A stretch of 52,887 bases of DNA from Phoronis australis (lineage: Eukaryota > Animalia > Phoronida): positions 1 to 52,887 of the forward strand of contig NMRA01000821.1 of assembly GCA_002633005.1 (NCBI GenBank), given 5' to 3'. The translations under genes and the position numbers were made by a program. The notes under the pieces are model-generated. The model worked only from the letters and a program-made list of their open reading frames with translations, was not told the origin of the DNA and searched no databases. The first letter of the stretch is position 1, and each line of letters begins with the position of its first letter. Shown here one piece after another: positions 25,656 to 34,705 of the stretch.

Positions 25656-27831
25656 CTAAATTAATATCTCAGTTCTTAATATTTATATAGACAATTCCTT
25701 AAGAGCTAGTTAACCCAATGCCAAATCATTCGCTTTAACTTTCAGTCATCAAGGCAGAACACGATAACATCAGCACAGAAGTACTTTGGAGAAATGTTTT
25801 CACACATCACCCCATTCAAGTAACTGTCCCATACTCCAGCCCAATTTCATAATACATGTCTTAAAATCTTTTATTCTTGGTTATGAAGATTTTGCTTGAT
25901 TTTGGAGTTCAAATTTCATTTACAAAACTGACTAGCTCTTATGTCAGAAATCTTACTGTAACCTTTTTTGATTATTTTTTAGACAGTTTCGTTTCAGTGA
26001 CCAATACTGGCGTCATGGCAACGGTGGCTCTCACTCATTTCCTTGCATTCATTCACTCACGCACTAGTAAGACCGAAATCAGAGAAGTAAGAGACACTTT
26101 TATGCAATGTTTGATTGTCTGCCAGTAAAGCCAGGATTCGAACCTGGTCTCCCAAACGGGAGTCTGGAGCTCAAACCATTGAGCCACACTGTCTAATCCT
26201 CTTCTCCTTATAAGTCAGCCTTTTGCTCAACTAAGACCAAGTTCCCTGGTACAGTTGTTCTAGTTTTTGCACTAGGCCATGCAATTAAGCTTGACAAGAA
26301 ATTCCATCAACAAAAGGAGCAATATTTTAGACAACTGCCACAAGATGGAGCCTTCTGTCATTTGCCAATAAGATTATAACTAGAATTTCCATGTCACGCA
26401 ATACAAAGGAAATAAAACTTCCCATTTTAAAGCTGAAAAACTTAATAACTCTGCACTCATTGATTTTACAATTCACAACCCAGCAAAAACAATAGGCGAA
26501 ATCTTAAGTCATGTCAATAAATAATTAATGCAGTTTACAGGATGCCTTGGGTTGCCAATAAATAATTCAACTCATCTGGGAGTTAGCTTACAAAATCCTC
26601 TTAAAGACGATCAATTAGTGGACTTGCCAAGAACACAACAAAAGACCAATTATCTCACTGTTAATAGATTACATCACGAATGTACAAAGCTTATATAGTA
26701 CAAGTAAAGGATAAACAACGGACATTGCAAAATTAATAATGAAAAAGAGTCGAAATGATATTTTTGATAATTCTAAAATGATTGATCTCAAACAGATTTA
26801 CGTTCGCATGACAAATCTTAAAGTCTGAACGTGGCAGAAAATTGGTAGTATTCCCATACTAATTTGTTTGCCTTTTAAACAGCATTAATTAAGATATTTA
26901 ATACAAGTAATACAACAAATATTATCGAGTTTGGGATTATGAAAAATTAGTTTGCTCAAGGTTGAACTCGTACCAAATTTTAAAGTCAATATCGGCTGTT
27001 CCAAATTCAAGAATCACAAGAAAGACAAATTTTGTAAATGGGGGCTTTTTTGACAATTTTATCTCAGCTTTTCTTGCTAAAAAAGGAGTGTCTGATATCT
27101 GAGAAACATGGTGGACGCCAAGTTACACAATGCCCTAATTTTCAGAATCGAGAAAATTCAATTTTGGCTTGAATTTCAGTGTTGCACATTTTAAAGACTG
27201 ACCAAACTAGAATATTTTTAGCATACTGTTCATTTTGCCGATACACCCCGACTCACTTGTCACTGAAGGGTCGGACTCTGACAGCCACCGTCACACTGCA
27301 GCTGTCCTCTTCTGTAAAGTTCACCATACTGGTGCTGCGACGAGGCGTCTCCTTTTTCGCTACAGGTGTTTCCATGGAGACGGCACTGAAACAATCTGGG
27401 GTGCTGACAGCACGATCCAGCATAAATTTTCTAAGACCCTGTCTAGCTGGCGTCGACATCTCTTTCTGATTTTGCACCGTGGAGGTGAGAACCGATTTCT
27501 CGATTGCGGCAGGTTTTGATGTGAGCTTGGGTGATGTTGACCTCTTTTTCTGTGCTGGAGTCGCGGACTGAGTTGAGGACTTCCTTTTTGCAGGAGCAAA
27601 CTTAACCGGAGATGATTTTCTAGCTAGTTTACTTGGGGATCGTTTAGTTTTCTGCGACTCAGGTATGTTGATTGAAAGTGAGACATCAACGTTGATCCTG
27701 CCCGGGGTCTGGGTGCCACCAAAAGAGGTCTCTATGGTCTCGGGGTTGAATTTCACTGCTTTTGACTCGGCGGTCGTCAGGTGAGACAGGGCTCTCTTGT
27801 TTCTCAGTGGTGTGTTGGAGTGTGCTGACAT
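3964..27831 (-). CDS. KIF14: Kinesin-3 motor KIF14, 18 coding exons in window (3' part lies beyond left edge)
   Basis: Exons join in phase with GT-AG introns to 929 codons. Motifs: VAVRVRP, P-loop [33 protein letters not shown], and [14 protein letters not shown]...AKEE, resembling KIF14 as I recall it; long N-terminal extension. Confidence 0.93.
4246..4487. mobile_element. Older sister MITE (same 5' end, different interior)
   Basis: CAGGGCATGGAATGACCAATGACAAAA start, eroded TIR at end; colinear with 24258-24486. Confidence 0.7.
4889..4954 (-). CDS. KIF14: KIF14 exon 17 ([22 protein letters not shown])
   Basis: TTGCAG/GTAAAT, phase 0-0. Confidence 0.88.
5225..5311 (-). CDS. KIF14: KIF14 exon 16 ([29 protein letters not shown])
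   Basis: TTGCAG/GTGAGT, phase 0-0. Confidence 0.88.
5597..5744 (-). CDS. KIF14: KIF14 exon 15 ([21 protein letters not shown]...LERAL)
   Basis: GGCAG/GTGAGT, coiled coil. Confidence 0.93.
7142..8700 (-). CDS. Large open exon (519 codons, Ser/Lys/Arg-rich, probably disordered); probable alternative KIF14 exon
   Basis: Part of the 602-aa ORF 6892..8700. Donor AACAG|GTATTT after 7142 is phase 2, matching the KIF14 acceptor at 5744. The ORF tail past the donor looks like intron read-through. Confidence 0.7.
9855..12005 (-). mobile_element. Helentron-associated (HINE/DINE-1-like) element(s) with internal repeat array of about 360-bp units
   Basis: Terminal TTTTTATG hairpin (split by MITE), GTCC-type microsatellite 10862-10925, three-subunit repeats each with a CCACTAG motif; near-identical to 52600-52887. 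Confidence 0.75.
10969..11466. mobile_element. About 500-bp MITE, copy 1
   Basis: TIR CAGGGCTTGGAAT; 6-bp TSD AAATAA. Confidence 0.9.
13355..13670. repeat. 64-bp tandem repeat x5 spanning the KIF14 exon 14 donor
   Basis: CACCTAG at 13367, 13431, 13495, 13559, 13623. Confidence 0.95.
13626..13727 (-). CDS. KIF14: KIF14 exon 14 (FNHPKEVQ...[16 protein letters not shown])
   Basis: CTGCAG/GTGAGT. Confidence 0.93.
14119..15533 (+). mobile_element. Non-autonomous Tc1/mariner (pogo-like) element
   Basis: TA-CCGTATTCGCCGTAATTACCGCCC start; eroded inverted end near 15520-15533; homologous pieces at 32400-32613 (minus) and 36400-36580. Confidence 0.7.
16092..16129 (-). CDS. KIF14: KIF14 exon 13, 38-nt ([12 protein letters not shown])
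   Basis: CTCCAG/GTGAGT; completes the FHA motif HGDRVILG..H.FRFNHP. Confidence 0.92.
16467..16569 (-). CDS. KIF14: KIF14 exon 12 ([23 protein letters not shown]...LHH), FHA
   Basis: TTTCAG/GTGAGT. Confidence 0.93.
17312..17496 (-). CDS. KIF14: KIF14 exon 11 ([19 protein letters not shown]...), FHA start
   Basis: TTCCAG/GTGAGT, kinesin-3 LVNLNEDP motif. Confidence 0.95.
17823..18028 (-). CDS. KIF14: KIF14 exon 10 ([10 protein letters not shown]...[10 protein letters not shown]...), neck coil/CC1
   Basis: TTTTAG/GTAAGA, phase consistent. Confidence 0.93.
18350..18522 (-). CDS. KIF14: KIF14 exon 9 ([12 protein letters not shown]...TLSTLRYA...VNEDP)
   Basis: TTGCAG/GTAAGT; end of motor and neck linker. 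Confidence 0.95.
18868..18995 (-). CDS. KIF14: KIF14 exon 8 (EGASINKSL...[11 protein letters not shown])
   Basis: CACAG/GTATGA. Confidence 0.95.
19084..19549. mobile_element. About 500-bp MITE, copy 2
   Basis: Same TIR and body; TSD ATAATA/ATAATG. Confidence 0.9.
20042..20141. repeat. 25-bp tandem repeat x4
   Basis: TTGACAATAACTCGTGTACCATTAC. Confidence 0.97.
20322..20438 (-). CDS. KIF14: KIF14 exon 7 (...[13 protein letters not shown]...), switch II
   Basis: CCACAG/GTGAGG. Confidence 0.95.
20984..21021 (+). ncRNA. Minimal hammerhead ribozyme core (Penelope-like element remnant)
   Basis: CTGATGA-T-GGTGTTT caat AAACGCC-GAAAC AT GTC; stem I weak. Confidence 0.55.
21151..21670. mobile_element. 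About 500-bp MITE, copy 3, inserted in a short minisatellite
   Basis: Same TIR and body; TSD CCTGGT; flanks repeat CCTGGTATACCTGGCTGCACTACCTAGGTGACC. Confidence 0.9.
21783..21890 (-). CDS. KIF14: KIF14 exon 6 ([28 protein letters not shown]...), switch I
   Basis: TTTCAG/GTAAGT. Confidence 0.95.
22093..22238. mobile_element. Short inverted-repeat element, followed by degenerate 20-bp CAAGCTT repeats to about 22385
   Basis: TTTTGTCCTGTCAGC..TGGCCACATCAC inverted to GTGATGTGGCCA..GCTGACAGGACAAAA. Confidence 0.65.
22835..22918 (-). CDS. KIF14: KIF14 exon 5 ([17 protein letters not shown]...)
   Basis: CTGCAG/GTTTGT, kinesin-3 VREHP-GPYV motif. Confidence 0.95.
23354..23455 (-). CDS. KIF14: KIF14 exon 4 ([21 protein letters not shown]...)
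   Basis: CTCAG/GTGAGT, EIYNE motif. Confidence 0.95.
23849..23961. repeat. 56-bp tandem duplication
   Basis: TTTCACTGTGTCAAAAGCAATG...GACTGGTT twice. Confidence 0.95.
24124..24211 (-). CDS. KIF14: KIF14 exon 3 ([29 protein letters not shown])
   Basis: TGCAG/GTAAGT, kinesin GIVPR motif. Confidence 0.95.
24258..24486. mobile_element. Second copy of older sister MITE
   Basis: Similar to 4246-4460. Confidence 0.65.
25172..25426 (-). CDS. KIF14: KIF14 exon 2 (EVSDENVKR...[11 protein letters not shown]), P-loop
   Basis: TTGCAG acceptor, AG|GTAAC donor, phases match. Confidence 0.95.
25509..25651. repeat. Compound (AC)n/(CACC)/(CACG) microsatellite
   Basis: Direct reading. Confidence 0.98.
26030..26192 (-). 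mobile_element. tRNA-derived SINE
   Basis: A box TGGCTCAATGG, B box GGTTCGAATCC; body shared with 38965-39115. Confidence 0.75.
27257..27831 (-). CDS. KIF14: KIF14 coding exon 1 (MSAHSNTP...[10 protein letters not shown])
   Basis: Acceptor TTACAG before 27855, in-frame TGA upstream of ATG, donor AA|GTGAG. Confidence 0.9.
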
Positions 27832-28020
27832 TGTTGAAACATGGCCATAAGATCACTGTAACAAGACAACACACGGTAAATCACTTTTAACATAAAATCA
27901 TTTCTGCTCATGCCATTTCCACCATTTTGCAATAATTCAGTTCGAATAAACCTCGCTCAGCAGAAGCTTCCCAATTTGCCAACAGCGACAATTTACAAAA
28001 ATCTATACCTTGGATTTAAA

Positions 28021-28145
28021 ATAAATAGCATCAGACAATCTATAAATAGCATCAGACAATCTATAAATAGCATCAGACAATCTATAAATAGCATCAGACA
28101 ATCTATAAATAGCATCAGACAATCTATAAATAGCATCAGACAATC
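28021..28145. repeat. 21-bp tandem repeat x6
   Basis: ATAAATAGCATCAGACAATCT. Confidence 0.97.
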
Positions 28146-29017
28146 ACGCGGTGTCATGTATAACTGTGTTCCCATCGCGCAAAAGGAGACAGAAAACACT
28201 TTTTAAAGTAGCCTTCCACTATTAACATTAAATTTAATATAACCTAGAAACTTATTATTGCCCCCTCCCCCTGTTTAACTTCCGTTAACTAGGTGATGTG
28301 ACCAATAGGTTGCACGCAGACCTGACTTATCTAAGTGATGTGGTCAACAGATGGCATGCAGACAAGACTTAACTAAGCGTATCATCACCAAGTGTTATTC
28401 TTCAAGTGTCCTGAGTTCAAAGAACAANCAATGTATATACAAAGTATATACAATGTTGCTATGCTCATACTTGGTTGATAGCATTGTAAAAGTCTTGGTC
28501 TACACCAATTTTTTTATTAAAAATGCTCACTACAGAAGGCTGTTTTGTAAACTTAGATGTAAAAACCTTGGTCTATGCATTTTTTTGGAAAAAAAATATG
28601 TATGTTTGGGGGGATTGCTGGGGATGGGGGGTTATGCGTCGAAATTATGGACGCCCTGGAATATTGGGAACCTCATTTTGGACACCCTATTTTCGAAATC
28701 CTGGATGAAGGCCTGCATGCAGACCAGACTTAACTAAGCGTATCATCACCAAGTGTTATTCTTCAAGTGTCCTGAGTTCAAAGAACAAAATCATAAAATC
28801 ATATCACTGACATACGTAAGACACACACATTAAGGAACATTGTACAACAGTATGCACAGTGGTCTAGGCTGAATTTGAACCTGGGCCGCTCTACTTGCCA
28901 ACAACCTAGCCTTGGTGCAAAGCTGAACAATACCTTTGAAACAATTGGAGTAAAAAATGAACAAAACTTAAGTCTTGCACAATGTTAATGCCATTAAAAC
29001 CCACTCTTTCTCTATTA

Positions 29018-29176
29018 CCGTAATTGTTCGGGTTAACGCCCTGGGCGGTTAAATTGGCGAATCCAAAAAATCGGGGGAGGACGGTTAACCGAGCAGTGGG
29101 CGGTTAAATCGAAAATCCACCTTAAGTCGGGGATGGGCGGTTAACTGAGCATGGGCGTTAACCCGAACGATTACGG
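29018..29176. mobile_element. 159-bp MITE, TA TSD
   Basis: 24-bp TIR CCGTAATYGTTCGGGTTAACGCCC (1 mismatch), TA on both sides. Confidence 0.9.
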
Positions 29177-31133
29177 TACTTATAGAGTTATCCACACGAA
29201 CAGTGCTGTCAGTCTAGTATTCTGCAGGGACACTCATTCATTAGTTGGAACTGGTTCTCTAAATCAAAGACGCTATACAATATAATATCTGAGCAACCAG
29301 GCGACCAGAGCCTTAAAACTCAACATCTTCAACTTTTCTTTCAACATTATGAAAGAGGGAGAGTGACATAAGAAAATGATGTTCATCAGATTATGGCTGT
29401 TTTAAAACATATTTCTAGAACACTACCCTGAAAAGGGAGTTCTGCTGTACAGTATGTGAGCTTGGAATTCTGCTTAATGACAAGATCACGTATGCGTGAA
29501 TACATGTCGAAACTTGGCAAATTCACTCAAACAATCATGAACAATCATGTTTACGTCCATAAAAATTTGACTGCACTAAAGCAAATTACACGTTATTTTA
29601 AAATAATGCAAATTCTAACCAATCTTATATGGCTTTTTCCAAGTATTGGCAGTTTCATTCACCAAATCCATAATTTATGAACCAAAATATGGTGAATGTG
29701 AGGCCAACATAACAAATATTCTTTACACAGTACAAAAAATTTCACCTGATAGCCTCAATGAATATTTAGTTCTAAGCTAATGCGTACAGGATCTTGAGAT
29801 GAAACAAGATTCCAAGCTCATGCAGAGCACTACTGCAAAATCATTATGGTCACAGAAAGAAAAACAGATGCCCCGACGTCAGATCCGTATAAAGATGCGC
29901 CCGAAGCCTGGCAAGGTCGCAATATCCCCACTATGTAATGAGCGTGTTGGTTGCTGTGATTGACTATTTCATGACCTTCGATCGGTGTTTTCACAGACCA
30001 ATAACGCCAGTACACCGAGTTATCTTGGTCTGCTAACACGGCCCAGCTTCATAGAACAAGTGAAACCTTGTGCCTACATTGCACTTAATTGTTGAAATCT
30101 GAATAGTTTTATAGTGACCACAAGGTCTGCCAAATATGGATTTTCTCAAGTGTCACACAATAGGTTGCGTGCTTCACTCAGTCTCGCACTTGTCCTTGCC
30201 TAACTCACGTGTCGTCAATTGAAATAATTTGTAATTATTGCGCACCATGAAAAAGTTAAAGGCAATAAAAAATGATTTGGAATTCCTCGCCAAAATCATC
30301 ACACTTCCCATAGACATGCTTCATCCAGGATATGAATAGAAACCATAAAGGATCGCTGAAGAAAGTAAATAACAATTAAAGAATGTATTTTTGATGAGTG
30401 AGTAGACTTGGTCTACTGCCCGTATACAAGATGAAATCAACAAAGAGACCAAGGGGGAGTGTTGTAGCCCCTAGACAACCAGCCGAGGGGCTGCGTTTTC
30501 CACAGCAGCTTCACCCAGAAAGCTGTGTTTTGAGCCCTTTGGCTTTGGCTTTAGTAGTTTAGATAGTTTAGCCAGGTTTATTCATAATCATTTGTCACTT
30601 ACATTAGACAGTGACCACCGTCCTACTGCCACATAGGACGGTGGAGCTCCTCTGGGCGCTTCATACGCCGGAAGCTTTTTGTCGAAAAATGCCTTGCACT
30701 GACTAAAACAACTAAAACGCTTTGTTATATAACATAGATTATAAACAACAGATTCGCAACTCCGGCACATGCTTACGTGCTGAGCTGAACTCTCCTGACC
30801 ATTCTGGTGCAGTTTCCGGTTCGTGTATTTTGACGAGAAATTCTTGCATCTACTTTACTGTCCAAAACAACGAAAAAAATATTAATTTCGGCATTGAAAT
30901 GCTGTTCAAAGTCTTTCAATAGTAGAAGTGTTGGTATCATGAGTACTTTTGGCAATGCTACTGGTAATTAATTACAAAATTCAAACTTCGGTGCCGACTG
31001 ATTATGTCGTCTGCTTTCCCAATAGTAGCATAGTTATCGGACAGTTTTTGATATAGGCCTACTGAGAAAACTACGAAAGCATGTTTATAAATCAACATTC
31101 TCAAGTGAGCAGTTCTTCTGGGAAGTGCTGAGT

Positions 31134-31149
31134 GGCCCTTAAAAGGGCC
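31134..31149 (-). terminator. Histone-mRNA-type 3' stem-loop (distal) with HDE-like element
   Basis: CCAAC GGCCCT TTTA AGGGCC ACTCA; purine-rich CAGAAGAACTG starts about 14 nt downstream (31120-31110). Confidence 0.8.
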
Positions 31150-31174
31150 GTTGGTTGTAGCTGTAGCGTGAAAT

Positions 31175-31190
31175 GGTTCTTAAAAGAACC
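31175..31190 (-). terminator. Histone-mRNA-type 3' stem-loop (proximal)
   Basis: TCAAC GGTTCT TTTA AGAACC ATTTC, 10 nt after the TGA of the PHD-like frame. Confidence 0.75.
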
Positions 31191-31200
31191 GTTGAATAAT

Positions 31201-31440
31201 TCAACATAAATCACACAGTATACCATGCTCACTCAAGTACTGAACGTCCTCTTCATTCAAGTTTTCATCTGGGAAGGTTGGATGAAAACAGAGGAGATGA
31301 CAATATCGATGACAGTTGTAACACTGTATATAAATGTTACGTTATCACGAACCCTGCCTTTTTCAGTTCTTGTTCCTGGATTCAGAAGTAGCCCTGAACC
31401 ATAGGGAAAAAAGACATACTACGAAAACGAATCAAATTTT
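31201..31440 (-). pseudogene. Decayed PHD-finger-like ORF end (IQCYNCHRYCHLLC...ILCDLC*)
   Basis: Frame 31329-31201 gives CxxC-x4-H-x2-C-x21-CxxC, the C-terminal part of a C4HC3 finger; upstream part broken by a frameshift and stops. Confidence 0.6.
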
Positions 31441-31763
31441 GAAAATCATCGCCTTCGTGTGATTACGTGTTGCTGTCTCCAGACTGATGTTCTTCCCCAA
31501 CATCAATGTCGAAAAGCGTTACAAGTGATGGAAACTTGTGTCCTTTGTTTCTAACTTTTAACCCATTTTTTAAGAAAGGGGTGTACTGATTGTGTCTAAC
31601 GGTGATAGAGCATAACTTTTGGTTTTTACAATGCATTAATTGTGTTGAATGCATTCATATTAGGTGGCTTCATTGAGTTGAACAAAAAATAAACTAAATG
31701 TAACACAATAAAGTTTTGAAAATAAACAGAACAGTAAAACAGGACTCCCTAAAAATTGAGCTG

Positions 31764-31822
31764 TTTTCGAAAACTTTGCGCCATTGGTGATCTGATTGGT
31801 TCATGCATTTACGGCGGGAAAA
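31764..31822 (-). promoter_or_regulatory. Cell-cycle-type promoter motifs: E2F site, two CCAAT boxes, GGCGC...TTCGAA (CDE/CHR-like)
   Basis: Minus strand TTTTCCCGCC...AACCAATCAGATCACCAATGGCGCAAAGTTTTCGAAAA. Confidence 0.5.
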
Positions 31823-32399
31823 TAATAGACCAAGTATCGTGCACTTGTGCACTGTAGCAACACTTTGTATCTTATTTTTATTTGGCCAATCTGTTGATAC
31901 AGTAAATTTCCTTACTTATGCCCATCTCGATTTGACTGCAACTTGAGCTTGTTGGGTTCTATCATATATTGGGTTGGCATTGGGACCCACATGATGCTTA
32001 CTCAAATGGGCTTCATTTTACCAAGTATTTCAAATTGAGGTGAAGCAAATAAACAAAGTGGGTGATTATCATCACCAGAATTTCATCATTAGTATCTTTT
32101 GCCGGGTGCTCAAATTTTCTGAGACTAGGGATTGTCAGATTTGTAAGGTAGATTCTGAAGTGTTTCGCTGGATTTCCAGGTCTGTGGCGTTATTTATACT
32201 GGACCAAAATTAAAAAAACAGACCTTTGTTTAAATCAGGAGCTGCATGATACACATTTATTAGACGTGCGCAGGCGTTGCACTGATCACTTGGATCCATT
32301 TTTATGGTTTATTAACATATAGTTAAACCAAGCTGAGGAGCTTGAAACCTGATTCACGGCAATTTTTGGCAGTGGTATTTTCTGAAAAATGCTCGTAAG

Positions 32400-32613
32400 T
32401 TGACAACAAAGTTTGATAGCAATGCACTGCAGTTTTGTAGAAACTCTGTTCATAGGTTACAGATGCATCACAGAGCGTAACTTTGATGAATTCTAGCTTA
32501 CGATTTCACCTGTTTCGGAGACCGGGTTTCAACCACTTTTGGGCTATAATAAGCGCCCCCTTCCTGAAGCGGATTTTTCTAAGCACCCTGGCCGCTTATT
32601 AGGGCGCATACGG
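32400..32613 (-). mobile_element. Second copy (terminal part) of the pogo-like element; may extend left to about 31899
   Basis: Reverse complement aligns with 14119-14330; ends ...ATACGG followed by TA. Confidence 0.75.
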
Positions 32614-33045
32614 TAATATTTCAGAAGGGCAATACTTAGTATCCTTCGGATGGTATGGAAGCTAATTCCTTTGCATTTCGCGTGTGTGGCCGAACAACCG
32701 GCCACACAGTAGCTGACCATGATTAGCAGACGACGTACTTGCCGGAAACTGCACCAGAAAATTTAGCCAGGTGTCGCCATTGAATAATGACGTAAGGGCT
32801 TGTGCGTAAGCTCACAGATTTCGTCCATTGAAAGTATACGGAGTTGGCGGTCCATGTACTGTAGTCTATGGTTATAAATACCTTTTGCTCACAAAGGGAG
32901 ACCTTAGGTGGCTGTTGATGTATGTAATTCCTTCCAACTCGAACAAACACTCCCGTTATCAAACTTTTTCTTCGAGCAATCCCTCGTTCAGTTCTCAAAT
33001 CGGTAACTCACCATTTTTAACACAGTGTTAAAAATGGTGACTTAA

Positions 33046-34705
33046 AGGAGCATGCCATCCAAAAAACAACCTAATTTGAATCAATTTAGATCGAGTAGTT
33101 CTACTCCATAACGACACGTACGGTTGCGTTACCTGACGCCTGACGGACCTGTTGAAATTATCCAATGACGTAATCGGTTTCACACGCAGTCTGTTCAGCA
33201 GTTCACAGCACGGGTTACTGGTGTGAGCTTATCGTTTGAAGTTATCGTTTAACACCAATAAAACATCAAACTTAGGCGTAAACCCCTTAAAATACACCGA
33301 GTTCTTATAAAAACGTGCTGTTTCATTTTGCTCTTGCGGATTTATTGGTATTTGGACACACCGTAGCCTACAAAGTTCGGCAGGCCAATAAGGTCCGTAG
33401 CAGGAGTTTGGGGTCTGTTCGGAGACAATTTCGAAGTAGTTTCCGTGAGATACAGACAGGAGAACCTAGATCTGTGTTGTTTAGACTTGTGATTTTTTTT
33501 AGTTCTAAACACAAAACGCTTGTTAACCTGACCAGTGGCTCGGAACCTGATCAGGCCCGTCGCGGCCGGCCGGATTGACTCGTTGTTATCCTGGCCAGTG
33601 GCACGGAAACTCATCAGACATCACGAACATAAACCAGCCAAAGTTCAGTGGAAACTAAACTTCCAGTCAAGAAAATACTATACTAGTGAGCCAAAGTAAT
33701 GTGCACGTGAATATCGTTGGTGAATTAGCCACGAAACTGCAAATCTACTTCACTCGTCGGGGGCCGCGAATACATCTTTGGCCACAGCTCCGTCAGGGCA
33801 GAAGTTGTACATTGACAATCATTATTTGAGTAATGTAAATGTAAATAAAGATTCCCCTAACACCTGGCCGTGGGATGGAAGTCGAGTTGTTTCACAACAG
33901 TTTCTGCCAGAAAACACTAAGTTAGCATGCACGGCCTCGGTGTCCCGTCAATTAGTTTTATTGCACCTAAAGCCGGTAACGCAGTGATTTATTCATTGCT
34001 GGCTTCTCAAATCATTTGCACTCACAAACGCTCCAAAGGCATTACAAATTGCATCTAATGAGACAGACTTTGTTTCAGTTTTATATAAGTATTGGTTAGG
34101 GTGAGAATAATTCATTTCGAAACAGAACGCTCAGTAATAAACGCCAACATGGCAACTAGCAATCCCGACTTAGGACGAGCTAGAGCTCATCAGTCCCGAC
34201 TTCGCAGGTGGATCGTTCAGTTTTACAGGCTATCAATTTGAACAGGAATACAGTGATGAAGACATACTAGAGAGGCGCCGTGAACAAGCTCAGACAACGG
34301 AACGTATGGATTTGGTAAGCCGGAACTCGTCGAGCACTGTTGACGTCTGCAGGCCACAGACACGGAGATGTTTCACGGCCTCATATTTGCTATTTACAGC
34401 GTACATTTCATTCTTCACTACCCTGAGCCACTTCCTAAGGATTTCGAACTCTCGAGGAAGTAAAAAAAACGATATACCCGCTTTCCTCGCAGCTGCTTAG
34501 TTCGGACAAGCGGGAACGATGTACCGCAACATAGCGGCATTCACTCTGCATATGAACCACTGACGTTGCTAGCGTCGTTTCTCACCTTCCTCACAGGTTA
34601 ACGCGACACCTCTTGGCAAGGTAAGGTCGACCGTATGCGAGGCGATGTGGATATAGACAGATTCAGACGGCAAAAAAGACTAATTAAATTGAGTGGCATT
34701 CTCCT
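33046..34705. mobile_element. Kolobok-type DNA transposon, internally deleted
   Basis: TTAA TSD on both sides; TIR AGGAGCATGCCA/TGGCATTCTCCT; THAP remnant on minus and YQFE-containing KolX-like remnant on plus. Confidence 0.8.
34350..34532 (-). pseudogene. Degenerate THAP domain within Kolobok element
   Basis: MLRYIVPACPN*AAARKAGISFFLLPREFEILRKWL...HLRVCGL. Confidence 0.7.

Larger units (their letters stand above)
30733..32870. mobile_element. 2.1-kb non-autonomous DNA transposon (CATAG termini, P-like) carrying the PHD/stem-loop cassette
   Basis: Interrupts host arm; ends CATAGATTATA/TGTAGTCTATG; imperfect TSD GTTATATAA/GTTATAAA; inverted subterminal motifs CCGGAAACTGCACCAGAA (30802-30819, 32742-32759) and AGCAGACGAC. 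Confidence 0.6.

Noticed and set aside
3341-28145. Short tandem arrays (3341, 13355, 20042, 28021) as CRISPR
   Set aside because: No unique spacers, no cas genes, eukaryotic context.
31233-31470. Apparent small spliced exons (31233-31268, 31353-31393)
   Set aside because: Spliced products give only short peptides; the unspliced frame gives a coherent PHD-like pattern.
33008-33040. 33-bp perfect palindrome as an independent element end or terminator
   Set aside because: Explained as the centre of the 30606-34967 foldback element.
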